A DNA stretch of 64,000 nucleotides from Dimorphilus gyrociliatus (Eukaryota > Animalia > Annelida), in the NCBI GenBank assembly GCA_904063045.1, contig CAJFCJ010000001.1, positions 3,224,001 through 3,288,000 of the forward strand. The letters are read 5' to 3'. The notes under the pieces were generated by a model. That model was not told where the DNA came from and did not search any database. It worked only from the letters and a program-made list of their open reading frames with translations. The first letter of the stretch is position 1, and every line of letters begins with the position of its first letter. A program made the position numbers and the translations under genes. Below are positions 28,145 through 41,212 of the stretch, piece by piece.

Positions 28145-30762
28145 ATGAAATATTCTCCTTTCAGAAAAGTCTTTATTGTAATTTTCATGAAATTTTTCAT
28201 TGGGAATAACTGCAATAATATCATTAAACCAGATGTATTTGATGAATATGTTGCAATTGAAAGCATGGATGGGGATATTAATATTGCTGTTTTAGTTCCT
28301 GCTTCGAGAGACGCTTCTAATCTATTGTGTAATCCCAAAACGTCCATTGTTAGAAAGATATTCATAGAATACGTCTATTTCGTAAGGAAGAACATTGATG
28401 AAATAAATAAGAATAAAGATTTTCTTAAGAATGTTCGTCTTGGGTATGTGTTTATGGACACTTGTACTCTTCAGTCATCCGCTTTGAAACACGCTTTAAA
28501 ATTGATTCCACGAAATGAAAATTCAAACGAAAATTGCAACGAAAGTAATTCCGGAATGGCTTATTACGATGTTCAAGCTGTAATATCTGGTGCGGGAAGT
28601 TCTGAAACATTACCACTGGCAAATATTCTTAGTAGATTTTCGATACCTATACTAAGTCCATTCGCGTCGAGCGATGACCTAAGCGACAAAGCACGTTATG
28701 AATATTTTTCCCGTTTGATAAGTCCCGACAAATACCAAGCGGACGCTTTAACCGATTTTCTATTAGAATTTCAATGGAATTATATATCGTTAATTTTTTT
28801 AGAAGGTAGTTACGGTGAAAATGGAGCAAAACAAATTAGGAAACAAGCAAAGAAAAAGTCAATTTGCATAGCCATTGATGAAATGATTTCTACCGAGGAT
28901 TATAAAGCAGATGTAATAAGAATAGTTAAGAAACTTAAAGAGAACAAGAAAGCTAGAGTTATAGTTGCATTCCTTTTTATTACAGTGGCCGACGAATTTT
29001 ATCTGATGATGGACAAGTTTGATATTGCCAAAGAAAAAATAGTTGTAGGCTCTGACGCTATGATATATGCGAGAACACCTCGTACAGTTCAATTAAGGGC
29101 TATTAATTCTTTCGGTGTCACAACAGCTGGTAAAGATGTTAAAGGTGGTTTTCAATATTTCTCCGATTTGAATCCGGCAAACAATTCATCTTTTCTATTG
29201 ATAAAAGATTATTGGGCCAGTTTATTCGATTGCTCTTGGTCTAATAATGCGACAAATCCATGCGATCCTCATAAGAATTTTACTCTTGCTAACGTCTCTA
29301 TAGAAGCCACTGCGAGTTTCAACGATTGTCTAATGGTTTTTGTTCAAGCTATTGATAGAATAATTAAGAGAAATTGCCCAAATGCTACTGGAGTGCAAGT
29401 AAGGAAATGCATTAGGGGTAGGATTTTCCTAGATGAGATAAGAAAAGGGACATTTGAAACGTCTCAGGGACAAATTCAATTTGATGAGAAAGGAGATGTT
29501 ATCGGTGGCTATAATCTAGTTCAATTCTTTGAGAATAACTTTGTACAAGTTATTGGAAGTTGGAGTAGAAAGAGGTCGGGTATTGATTTTGTAAGTAATG
29601 TATCATGGTCAGATTCGGATCAACCAAAGTCGCTCTGCAGTGAACCTTGTCCTCCAAAACATTATTTTATCCAAAAGGCAGTCGTTTGTTGCTGGGATTG
29701 CCGAAAATGTCGAAATAATGAAATACTAGTATTAAATAAGACAGCTTGTAAAGAATGTCCTGAATTCTATTGGCCTGATGAAAAGGAAGCGCTAGAATGC
29801 TTACCAATCGATCCGGAATCTTTAAAATGGGCAGATCCCGAAACGATTATTCTATTGTCATTAGCAGTTTTTGGAATTTGTATTTTCTTATCCATCTCCA
29901 TACTAATTTATATAAAGAGAAATACGAAATTAATTAAGGCATCTTCACTTCAATTAAGCTTCATAATACTTATTGGAATTCTATTAAACTTAATAACCGT
30001 TTTCCTCTTCTTAATAAAACCTTCAGTTCCTTCTTGTTCTTTGAGAAGATACTTTTTCAACCTATCAAACTCTCTTATTTATGCCCCTATTATAATGAAA
30101 ACTAACAGAGTGTATAGAATATTTACATCGGCTAGAAAAGGCATTAAATCTATTAAATATTCGGGTAATAAATTTCAATTAATTTTTGTCTTCGTCATTG
30201 TTACTTTCCAGGTAAGCAGCTCACTTTATAGGCCAATGTATCGAATAGATCAATTGCTAATATGGCCTTTATTTATTATTTAATATAGATATTGCTAATG
30301 ATAATTTCAACTATCATTTCACCAAATGAAACGGCTCTCCAACAAAGAATAAAGATTGAACCTCATGTTGAATTGCATTGCTATCTGCCGCTCAAAGGTT
30401 TCGTTCCATGTTTAGCTTATAATATTCTCTTGGCAGGGATATCGTCATATTATGGCTTTTTAACGAGGAAACTACCAGAGAATTTTAACGAAGCGTCTTA
30501 TATTTTTGTATCCGTGTCAACCACATTTTTCATATGGCTAGTTCTACTTCCGGTATATTTTACAACCGAAATTATAAAATATCAATTAATCTTGTTGGCT
30601 GCATCTTGCCTTTTAAATTCACTGATAACACTGGTATGCCTGTTTGCACCTAAATTATACGCCTTATGGTTTATCGATGAGGAACGCTTAAAATTCGCTC
30701 ATACTACATCCTCAAATATTGTACCTACAGCACCTTCAACGATTAACGATAATGAATCGTAA
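28145..30762 (+). CDS. Class C GPCR, mGlu-like paralogue C1 (VFT + Cys-rich domain + 7TM), ~846 aa; exons 28145-30211 and 30289-30762
   Basis: LGYVFMDTC, SDDLSDK, EGSYGENG, CCWDCRKC, KTNRVYRIF, TRKLPENFNEA. Phase-0 intron CAG|gtaagc...tatag|ATA (77 bp). Confidence 0.92.
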
Positions 30763-30970
30763 TTCTTTTCGTAACCTCTTTTCATCTATTGTTTTCTCTC
30801 CTTTATATCATATTTATTAATAATATAGTAGGAAGAATAGGTACGATTTTAATTAGATAATTTCACTTAACAGGTGTTATCTTACCTCGTTCTCTTTTCA
30901 TTTTTCATTAAATAGAAATGAAAGTCGAAATTCTTAGTAAGTAATAAATACGTAGTATGCAGTATTTATA

Positions 30971-31507
30971 CAGTACAGGTACCCTATTTTTAGCCACTTG
31001 TTTTTTTTTTTTTCCAAAAATGAATTTTTCTTTTTTTTGGCCTAAACAAGATGTTTTAAAGAGAAGTTAAAATAAGGACAACTCATCTATCTTTAAGTGA
31101 GATTTATAAAATCTTTGTTTATCACAATAGAAATAAGAAAATTATTGATTTATGCAAACATTGACTAAATTGGTTAATTAAGTAAAAGTAGTAAGTGATA
31201 AATATTCAAGAATAATTTTCACAAATTATCTAATACTGTTACAAAATGACTTTCATTTTTACCATTCGCAACTTCATTATTCTTATTTTAAAAAATATAG
31301 AAAAATCGATTTTAACACCTCATTGATGAAAAGATATATTTTTCTTATCAAGTTTGTATTAAATACAGCTTTTATAATTCTCAAGTAAGGATAGATAATT
31401 TGTCTTCATTTTAATTTCTGGTAAAAACATCTTGCTTAGGCCAAAGTTGAAAAAAAATTTAATTTTCAAAAAAAAAAATGGTGGCCAAAAATAGGGTATC
31501 GGTACTG
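30971..31507. mobile_element. Non-autonomous Tc1/mariner-type element (MITE), 537 bp, with ~130-190 bp imperfect TIRs and TA target-site duplication
   Basis: Left end TA|CAGTACAGGTACCCTATTTTTAGCCAC...GGCCTAAACAAGATGTTTT. Right end reverse complement TA|CAGTACCGATACCCTATTTTTGGCCAC...GGCCTAAGCAAGATGTTTT. TA at 30969-70 and 31508-09. No transposase ORF. Confidence 0.8.
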
Positions 31508-32447
31508 TATATACTATATATAAATATGTATAAAAATTTCTTATTTTGATTGATTGATTGATCGATTAGATGATTGATTAATTGATAGTTATTGGAAAGT
31601 TTATATTAAAACTCTCTTCGTCTCTGTTCCAATGTCATGTCACGAAATTTCATGGAATTTTATCTTCCAAAATACAAAATCCACTCTAGACAAAAAATTT
31701 TCTTTCTATATGTAATTATTATTATAATTATATGCAGAATATGCATTTATGCAAATATACAAATATTCATATATTGACTTCAATTTACAATTCCAAATTT
31801 ATGCCAACTGTAGCGTCATCTGCTGTGTTTAAATTGTACTACAGTTGACTCTATACAATCAAAGTAAGTAATTTTTAACTCTCCTCTTTGTACCATTTCC
31901 CGAAGCAACAAAACCGGAAAATGTATTGTATCAGCTAAAAGTTAGCTTTTCTCTAGAAATATCTTTATCATATCCGGCCCTTTTTTCATTATTCTTTCTC
32001 TTTTGAATGAAAAGAAAGGAGAGAAAAAAAGACAACAACTAAAAAAGTAAAGCATCTTCCAACTTTGTCTTTGTTAAGAGAACTGGGAAAGTAAGGGAAA
32101 TAAAACTATCTATAAATAATAAATACGTAACAAAGAGAAATCAAAGTAAACCAACTGAAAAGAAATCTAAAAAAACAAACTCTTTCCCTCCACAACTATT
32201 TTCTTGTTCCTAAAAAGATAAGGAACGAAGAGGAAATGGAAAGGGAAGATGGATTAATTTACGTATACAATATGCAGTACGAAACATAGAACTGTACTAT
32301 TACAGGTGACTTTTTTAAGATTTAAACTACAAACTACTTGTGCATACATTTCTTACGAAAAGTCGACTATACCGAGGATCGGAGAAGGAGGCCTGACTCT
32401 CTAAATAGAGTAGTACGTTTCTAACAACCCTTCTGATAATTGAAATG

Positions 32448-33400
32448 CTATTTGACAATGCCCATACAGAAACGTAAATTGCTATACTGGTAAAGATAGA
32501 TCACGAAATCACCAGGCTTGTGATGTTTCTTTGAACAATTAATGTTAGCAAAGAAATCTCTTTCTGCGTAAGAATTTGGAGAATGTAAAGATGTATCATA
32601 TTTTTCTGAGCATTGTATAAAATTACCGTTGTTATGACAATCAACTAATAAATGGCCAGTTATTATACAGTTGAAAAATCGTGTAATTTCTACTTTCGTC
32701 TGCTTCGTTTCTTGTAATGCCTTCCTTAACTTGGGATGAAAGCGTGAATTCCAACAATTCTCTACATAGCCTCAATATTCTTTCTTGTTTGACTGTTTAA
32801 AGTTTTTGAGAGATTTGCGTTTGTTCGCTTATTTGTTATTTATGAATGGGTTTTTTCGTCATCCTCTATCAATTTCAATCCTTGCGATAAACTCTCAATA
32901 ACATTTTGAGTCATTTGTTTTATTTGCTCTAGGCCACCACTACTACAACGCTAATTCTGTTCATTCGATTTATTTGCATATTGAAAAACGCTTGCCTTTT
33001 CTATTGAAGTAACTGCGTTAGTTTAGAGAATTTCTGTCTGTCCGGTCGTATGGCCAACTCAATTATTATAAATTATTGCTTAAATTCCACTCAATCCCGA
33101 ATTTTATCCATACTAAAAAGTCTTTTTAAAATGATGATATTTCCGAGACTAGCATCGCAAGTGACTTAGAGAGTCAAAAACATTTCACCAAAGATTTTGT
33201 TAGTACATTGATTTTTGTCTTTCAAGTAGCTTTCTCTATGCCATTTACTTTAAATTTCACCAATTTCATTGTTTAGCATTCCTTCTAGAAAAATTTACCA
33301 ATATAAATTCTTTCGCAGAGCGTTCCCTCTTAGAATGCAGTAGATATCTGTGTTCGTCTGTGAGTCTGGTAGATTTGAGGTTAATTGACACTTCTAATTT
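32448..33400 (-). pseudogene. Decayed coding remnant, possibly retroelement gag/ORF1
   Basis: ATG-poor open frame 32771-32448 (~107 aa) contains RFFNCIITGHLLVDC, a CCHC knuckle with the first Cys lost. Upstream frames are protein-like but broken by stops and frameshifts. Confidence 0.33.
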
Positions 33401-34446
33401 AAATCAATCGTATCTTTGTTCTGATAGTTTGATATGCTGTAATCACATATATATATACAGCATTTTCTGTATATATATTCTATATTACATATTGTTTTCT
33501 TTCCATAAACAGAACATTCTCATCACCTACTCAGAAAACACTATATATATATATACAATTATGTAATATATAATCTCTATAATGAATAAAAAGATTGATA
33601 TAAAGCTTCTATAAGCGGAAGGAATTATTCAGAAAATGACAGTTGTACAAGTTAAAAATAATTTTTAAAGAAATTGTAAAAGATTTCTAAACTGATTTTA
33701 GCCTATTATGACTATTTTTAAGAAAAATTTCTGTTACAGTAGGAGATTGTTCTGAAAATTCTAATTTTATTGTAAAGTAGAAAGGAAATAGAAAGTTTCT
33801 TTCATCAAAAGATGAGCTGCTATTTAGATAATTGAATAATTTCGACAATATGATTTCTCAAAACAGATCTAATAATGAAAATATAGGTGTATAATAAATA
33901 CGAAGAGTTATTAGTATCAATATTAAAACAGTGATATAATATTTTTTCAACTTTGAAGTTCATGGGAAGTTAAGAATAGACGAACAAAACTAGATATGCT
34001 AACCATTTAAGAAATAAATGAGAAAGTTTAACAGGTACGTTGGATAAATATCAGAAAAAAAGCGTGGACATAAGGAAACAGAGTCTAAATTTATCTTTCT
34101 CTTTAATTAGCATTTGTATTAGAAAGAGTAAGAATTAATAAATGAATGCACGAAAGATTTCGACGAGACGAAAAAGGGGATTAAACTACTCTAATTGTTC
34201 TTAAAGAGTTAAATTTTCATAGGTTTTACTATTTATATCTAAGTTTAATTGATGAAATTAAAGAGATTAAACAAAAATATACAGTATATACTGTATATAG
34301 TAAAATAGAATGTTTGAAAGTAGTCACATGACAAAATGAAGTATCAACAAGTAAAAAAATGGTTTAATTACCTGTTTTTTGGATAAAAGAATTATTTTTA
34401 TATATTAAAGTTAAAAAAAGGATTTTCCTTTTATCATAAAGATCAA

Positions 34447-34451
34447 CCAAT
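34447..34451 (+). promoter_or_regulatory. CCAAT box upstream of C2
   Basis: TCAACCAATCAG, 106 bp before ATG 34553. Confidence 0.45.
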
Positions 34452-34552
34452 CAGAATGCATATATTAATACGACTGAGTTGAGACGCACTTTTGTACACT
34501 ATTACATTTCTATTGAAACGAGGATAGAATAACATATTCTTCTTTGAAAATT

Positions 34553-37496
34553 ATGAAAACTTTTCACTTAGTAAGCAAACTCTCTTTGCAGTTGATATTT
34601 TTCCTAATAGCATTCAATTTTGATGAAACGACTCAACTGAATCTTCTGAATGATATCCCAGAAATAAGAGATAATCTAAAAGATATTAACATCGGGGTGT
34701 TATCTGCACTGACTCAACCGACTGGCAATTTACAATGTAATAACTCGCAATATGCAATTAACCCCAGGTTTCTACAGAGTTTATACTTTTTAGAACAAGG
34801 TATAAGCGAATTTAACAAGAATAAAGAACACTTCTTCAACTTTACTATTGGATACGTTTTTATGGATACTTGTAATACTATTGGAGAATCAATTGATACA
34901 TCTCTTAAGCTCATACCAAAAAATGATGAAGTTTACTGTATAAATAATTCAAGTGAAACTGATTATTTCAAAGTCCAGGCTGTTATTGCTCCTACCAGCA
35001 GTTCGGAGTCAGTTATATATTCGCCTATTCTCAGTAGATATCGCATTCCTCATATGAGTCCTTTAGCAACTAGTGACGATTTAAGCGATAAAGAACGCTT
35101 TGGATACTTTTCTCGTATAGTAAGTCCTAATAAATTTCAAGCCGATGCTCTAATTGATTTTATTATCAATTTTCAATGGAATTATATTTCACTTTTGTAC
35201 GTTGAAGGTCCATATGGTGAAAATTTAGCCAAAGTTTTTCGAAAGAATTCAGCCAAAAAGGGTATTTGTATTGCCATCGATGAAATGATTTCTTTAGACA
35301 ATCCTATTGGTGATATAACAAGAGCAATAGAAAATATTCAATCCATTAACAATGCCGAAGTTATAGTGACATTTCTAGAACAAAGAGAAACTCAACTATT
35401 TTACGAACATTTTAGTAAATCAACTGTTAATAATAAAAGGATAATACTTGCTTCCGATGGATTGAGTCTATTTCAAATTCCTTCAATTTATAAGTTAAGA
35501 GCGATAAGGACTTTTGGTATTACACTCCAATATACTCCATTCCCCAATTCAAGGTCTATTCTACAAAACATAAGTCCTCATACAAAACCCGATTTGATCT
35601 ATCTACGAAAATATTGGTCAAGAATCTTTCAATGTTCATGGAATACAACAAACTCTAAATTACCTTTATGCGATCCGAAAGCAAATTTAAGCCAAATAGA
35701 TTTTCAAGTGTCGGGCGATTCACTGGAATATGACTGTTTAACAATAGTAGTTCAGGCAATGAAAAATGTTATTCGTAAATATTGCCCTTCTGTTTCCCGT
35801 AGTGACGTACATCAGTGTCTGTCTGGAGAAAGGCTTTTAAAAGAGATACGAACTGGTTCGTTCAATACAACTCTTGGAAATATACAGTTTGATAAAAATG
35901 GGGATGTTTACGGTGGATATAATCTCGTTCAATATACTCACAACGGTAAATGGAATGTTGTCGGTCGTTGGAGCAGGGAGAAGCCTGGCGTAGAACCTCT
36001 CGAAAAAATCATATGGCCAGAATCATATGTTCCAGTTTCAGTGTGCAGCAAGCCATGTCCACCAAAGCATTATTTTATCCAAAAGGCGGTGGTATGTTGT
36101 TGGGACTGTCGGAAGTGTCGAAACAATGAAATCGTTATTGACAATCGGACTGGATGCGAAGAGTGTCCCGAGTTTTTTTGGCCAGATAGAGAAGCGTTGG
36201 AATGCGTGGCTATAGAAGCTGACTACCTAAAGTGGTCTGATTTTGAAAGCGTCATAATATTAGCATTAGGCATTGTAGGTCTAATTTGCGCATCACTTGT
36301 CTCTTTAATAATGATAGTGAAAAGAAGAGAAAAGCTAATACGAGCATCATCACTTCCTCTGACATCGATTATTCTATTCGCAATAAAGTTGAGTTTATTG
36401 ACAACGTTTTTCTTTCTGATGAAGCCAAGCGATGGAATTTGTGGAGTGAATAGATACCTTTTTAGTATATCGAATACTTTGATATACGCTCCAATAATAA
36501 TGAAGACAAATCGAGTTTATAGAATATTCGCCTCTGCAAGAAAAGGCAATCAAACAACCAAGTTGATCAGCAACCAATTTCAAATTGTTATGGCCATTTT
36601 TATTGTCTTTATTCAAGTGAGTGTTTTTCTTTTCCTTGTTGTTTCTTTCGTTTTTCTTTTTATCATTACTTTTATTTTTTCTTTACCTTTTCCTCCTCCT
36701 CCTCCTCCTTCTTCTTCTTCGTTTACTTTTTTCCTTCTTCCTCTTTTTTTACTTTTTCTTCTCTTCCTTTCCTCCTCCTCTCTCTCCTACTTTCCTTTTC
36801 TTCCCTCTTCTCCTTCTTCCTTTCCTCCTCCTCTCTCTCCTACTTTCCTTTTCTTCCCTCTTCTCCTTCTTCCTTTCCTCCTCCTACTTCTCCTACTTTC
36901 CTTTTCTTCCCTCTTCTCCTTCTTCCTTTTCTCCTCCCTCTCCTTCTCCCTCTCACTCTTCTACTAGCTTAATATAAACAGAATTTATTTCGAGTCATCG
37001 AGTACACTTATTGCTATTCCGCTCCTCTTGTACAAAACAGATGATTTTGATGGTTCTATCGACGATAATATCCGGAAACGAGGCGTCTTTGAAACAAAAA
37101 GTACGAACAGAAGATTATGTGGAATTGCATTGCAACTTACCACTGAAGGGCTTTCTGCCCTGTTTAGCCTACAATATTTTGTTGGCGGCAATATCTTCAT
37201 ATTATGGATTTCTGACTAGAAAACTGCCAGAGAATTTTAATGAGGCGTCCTATATTTTCGTATCAGTTTCAACAACATTTTTCGTTTGGTTAGTTCTACT
37301 TCCAGTGTATTTTACAACCGAAATAACAAAATATCAATCGTTGATATTAGCGGCCACATGTTTATTAAATTCTTTGATTACGCTTTTCTGTCTGTTTGCA
37401 CCGAAACTATATGCCCTGTGGTTCATTGACGAAAATGATATACGATTTGTTTTTACCACAAGTTTGAATAGAGTAGGTGTAAGCTCAGATAAATGA
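34553..37496 (+). CDS. Class C GPCR paralogue C2, ~839 aa; exons 34553-36616 and 37041-37496
   Basis: Same domain motifs as C1; signal-peptide-like N-terminus from ATG 34553. Phase-0 intron CAA|gtgagt...aaacag|ATG (424 bp). The ORF-track tail is intron read-through. Confidence 0.92.
35831..37464 (+). repeat. Near-identical segment shared with 47258-49103 (C2/C5), including the intron
   Basis: About 7 substitutions seen by eye over ~1.63 kb, plus a 212-bp (4 x 53) VNTR length difference. Confidence 0.9.
36771..36929 (+). repeat. 53-bp polypyrimidine VNTR, 3 units (C2 intron)
   Basis: Unit cctcctcctctctctcctactttccttttcttccctcttctccttcttccttt starting at 36771, 36824, 36877 (last is a variant). 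Confidence 0.88.
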
Positions 37497-38436
37497 AGTA
37501 ATGTAAATTAAATGTTAGAGTGAATTGGCGAATAATCTTATATATTCGTTTATATGTTAATTAAAATTTAAATGTTGTAATTATATCAACAGGGACAAAA
37601 TATTGTTAAAATAAAGAAAAGGTTAAAAGGAATTTATTTACAGATAAGATTGATTGAAAATACTGTTATTATATATAATTTTGTACTCGTTTTGTAGCCA
37701 AAGTACACAATTTTAGTTATTAGTTTAAAAAAAACTATATTTTTCATGTTTCGGTTTAATTATATGAGACTCTAATTTATGTTTAAATTATAGAGTCTAT
37801 TGATGATAATAATAATAGTTTACCAATCAAGGTTAATATATCAAACCAGTTTTGTAAGAAATTTGATACTGAGACAGAATTTTAACATTGTTTTCATGAT
37901 CTGGATAAAAAAAAGCACTCTTTCTACTGTTTTAATGTTGGCGATTGGATAGTTTTTGTATTATAGAAAAAAAATCGAACAGTATACTAGAGGTGGTGTG
38001 GAATTGTACATAGAGTATCTAGTTTCTTAAACATGTATATTTAGCTTCACTTGATATATTCTATCGTTGAGGAGAAGCTCTAAGGATCTGTACTTAAATC
38101 AGCTAATAAAGCTAACAGGGGCACTAAGCAGCGGTCTCTGCTGGCGCATATGTACATGTATATAACATAGAGTATAACTGTATATCTTCTCCAAGATACA
38201 ATCAGCATAGTTAAATTGAAATAGATAAAAGCTTTGAATGACTCTGTTAAACACTAAAGAACAATAACATTTAATATATAAATAGATGATCAGTAATAAC
38301 TTTCTCTGTCTAATATTAGAGATAATACAAATATATCTTCTAGTATTCATTTTGAAAAGGAATCTGATGTTCAATATTCATTCAGAGCATCGGTATTTAC
38401 AATTTTTATAACTTTTATTACTTTAATATTTTTTCT

Positions 38437-38441
38437 ATTGG
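38437..38441 (-). promoter_or_regulatory. Inverted CCAAT box upstream of C3
   Basis: Reverse complement TCAACCAATAG, 115 bp before ATG 38552. Confidence 0.45.
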
Positions 38442-38551
38442 TTGAAGAGCAAGCAGGCAAGGAGACATTAACATAAGTTATTTTCTTTTAGAAACAAAAA
38501 GAGTTTCTTTTTGTTAAGCTTCACTTTGTAGAAATCCGACGAGAAGAAAGT

Positions 38552-41212
38552 ATGTTATCTTCAAGAAGTGTTTTCTTATTGTTTGTCGTATTACTCTGCG
38601 TATTTAAGATTTTTACATTTCAAAGAATTTTAAATATAGTGGAAGGAAACTTGGAAAAGAGGACTATTGAAAGAAATGAGGGAGATATAAACATTGCACT
38701 AATGACTACAGTTCATCAATACTTTTCAGAAAAAGAATGTGGTGAAGAAGCCTCGATAGTTAACTTAAAAAATTTGGAAAATATGTATCTTATAAAGATG
38801 GAAATTGATAAAGTTAATAATAATGATACTATATTGCCAAATATCACTATTGGATATATATTTATAGATACTTGTAATATGATCTCGCCAACTGTTAGAC
38901 GGTCAATTGAAATGATATCCAGACCTAAAAATCAAGTTTGTTCTCCACATGAAAATGAAAATAAACTTTTTAATGTGCAAGCTGCCATTATAACGTTAAA
39001 TAGTATATTAGCAGCCTCGGTGTCAAATATACTAAGCGAGTTCCAAATTCCTCAATTAAGTCCAACGGCTACCTCCGACGATCTCAGCAATAAGAAATTA
39101 TACAAATACTTTTCGAGGACTGTTAGTCCTGATCGATACGAAGCTGAAGCGTTAGCAGATTTTATTGTAAACTTTAAATGGAATTATGTTTCTTTAGTTT
39201 ACTTGGAGGGGAGTTACGGGGAAAATGGAGCTAAACAATTTCGAAAACAGTGTGCATTAAAAGGCATATGTATTGCAGTTGATGAGATGATATCATTCGA
39301 TAAATCTCTGGAAGATGTACAAAAAACAGTAAAGAATATAAAAAATGAACTAAGATCAAACATAATTATAATTTTTCTATATCCAAAACAATTGGAAATG
39401 TTTTATGTTACCATGGAGAACGAAAACTTACTCCGAACTAAATATATACTAGCTTCAGATAGCGTTAGTCTAACAGAAATTCCATTAGTCATAGAGAAAA
39501 GAGCGTTAAATACATTTGGTATTGCTTTCAAAACTCAAAAGGTACCTGGATCTCGTGAATATTTAACTAAACTAAATCTGGAAAAACATAAAGATCTATT
39601 ATATTTGAAAACCTATTGGAGTATAGTATTCAATTGTACTTGGGAGAATTTTAATAATTCCACTAAAAAGATTTGTGACCCAAAAGCTGATCTAACCGAT
39701 ACTAACTTTGAACTATCAGCTCATTCCGCAAACCACGATTGTTTTCTTATTTACATAGAGGCTATGAATCGAGTCTTACAAAAATATTGTTCAAGAACTG
39801 TTGGTCTAAACGCTCGTAAATGCTTTACAGGAGAGAGAATACTTAAGGAAATTCGTTCGGGAACATTTCAAACTACAGGTGGAGAGGTTCATTTCGATAA
39901 ATTTGGTGATATATATGGCGGTTATGATATTGTCCAATTTACAGAGAATTCTAAATATAATATAATTGCATACTGGAGCAGAGAAAACAGTATTACTCAA
40001 TTTTATGAGAGAATAATTTGGAGAAATTCTCAAGTTCCTCCATCGACATGCAGCCTTCCTTGTCCTCCAAAATATTACTATATCCATAAGGCAGTAATAT
40101 GTTGTTGGGATTGTCGTCAATGTCGAAATAATGAAATTGTTATTGGCAATCGGACTGGATGCGAAGAGTGTCCCGAATTTTTTTGGCCAGATAAAGAGGC
40201 GTTGGAATGCGTAGCTATTGAAGCCGATTACCTAAAATGGTCAGATTTTGAAACAATCATCATATTAACATTAGCTATATTCGGTTTATTTCTATCTATA
40301 TTAATTACAAGCTTTATCATTTGGAAGAGAAATGAAAAATTAATAAAAGCCTCATCAATTCAGCTAATGGCAATTACACTATTTGGGATTAAACTGTGTC
40401 TTATGTCTACTTTCCTCTTCCTAACAAAACCAAACGACACCGTTTGCAGTTTAAGCAGATATCTATTTAATATCTCAAATAGTTTAATATACGCACCATT
40501 AATTATGAAAACAAATCGGGTGTTTAGAATCTTCTCATCGGCAAGGAAAGGAAATCAAAGTGTTAAATATACCAGTAATCGATTTCAAATGGCAATAACG
40601 CTTGCAGTTGTTCTATTGCAGGTAAATTTATAGATTTTTAATGATCTAAACAGATATAAATCGTTCTGCTATAAAAAGTTATAGATAGTAATGTATAAAA
40701 AGAGTTGGAAGATTTTGCTATTCTATATGTTAAACACCTTACTATCTTAATTACAGGTTGTATTAACCCTCATATCAGCTACTCTGTTTGAAAATAAAGC
40801 CATTCTAAAGCAAAAAGAGAGAACCGAGTCTTATGTTGAACTTCAGTGTTACACTTCTCTGCAGGGATTTATACCTAGTTTAGCATATAATATTACACTG
40901 ACTTCAATTTCATCGTACTACGGCTTCCTTACCAGAAAACTACCTGAGAATTTTAATGAAGCTTCTTATATTTTTGTTTCAGTATCGACAACTCTATTTG
41001 TATGGCTTGTTCTACTTCCCACATACTTTACAACTGAAATTGCTAAATATCAATCAGTGTTGCTGGCTGCAACTTGCCTATTAAATTCATTGATAACATT
41101 ACTCTGTTTATTTTTACCAAAACTATACGCTATTCGATTTATGGACGAAGAAAACTTAAAGATAAAAGTAGTGTCACAAAATACAGTTAATTCACATATT
41201 AATACACGATAA
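38552..41212 (+). CDS. Class C GPCR paralogue C3, ~841 aa; exons 38552-40621 and 40757-41212
   Basis: Phase-0 intron CAG|gtaaat...ttacag|GTT (135 bp). Exon 2 is absent from the ORF track; hand translation gives VVLTLISATLFENK...TRKLPENFNEASYIF...PKLYAIRF...NTR*. Confidence 0.9.
40058..40578 (+). repeat. Near-identical segment shared with 43754-44274 (C3/C4); second patch 40934-41055 vs 44495-44616
   Basis: Both copies are 521 bp with few substitutions; flanks diverge abruptly. Confidence 0.85.

Noticed and set aside
36617-36977. Long hydrophobic F/L/S/P tails of the 807-aa and 879-aa ORFs, and ORFs 36621-36977 and 48048-48611
   Set aside because: Read-through of a stop-poor polypyrimidine intron; strong GTGAGT donors and in-frame second exons give normal 7TM receptors
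13632-39806. Antisense ORFs overlapping the receptor genes (e.g. 13632-13904, 14157-14402, 28647-29092, 34714-34914)
   Set aside because: Shadow frames of real coding sequence
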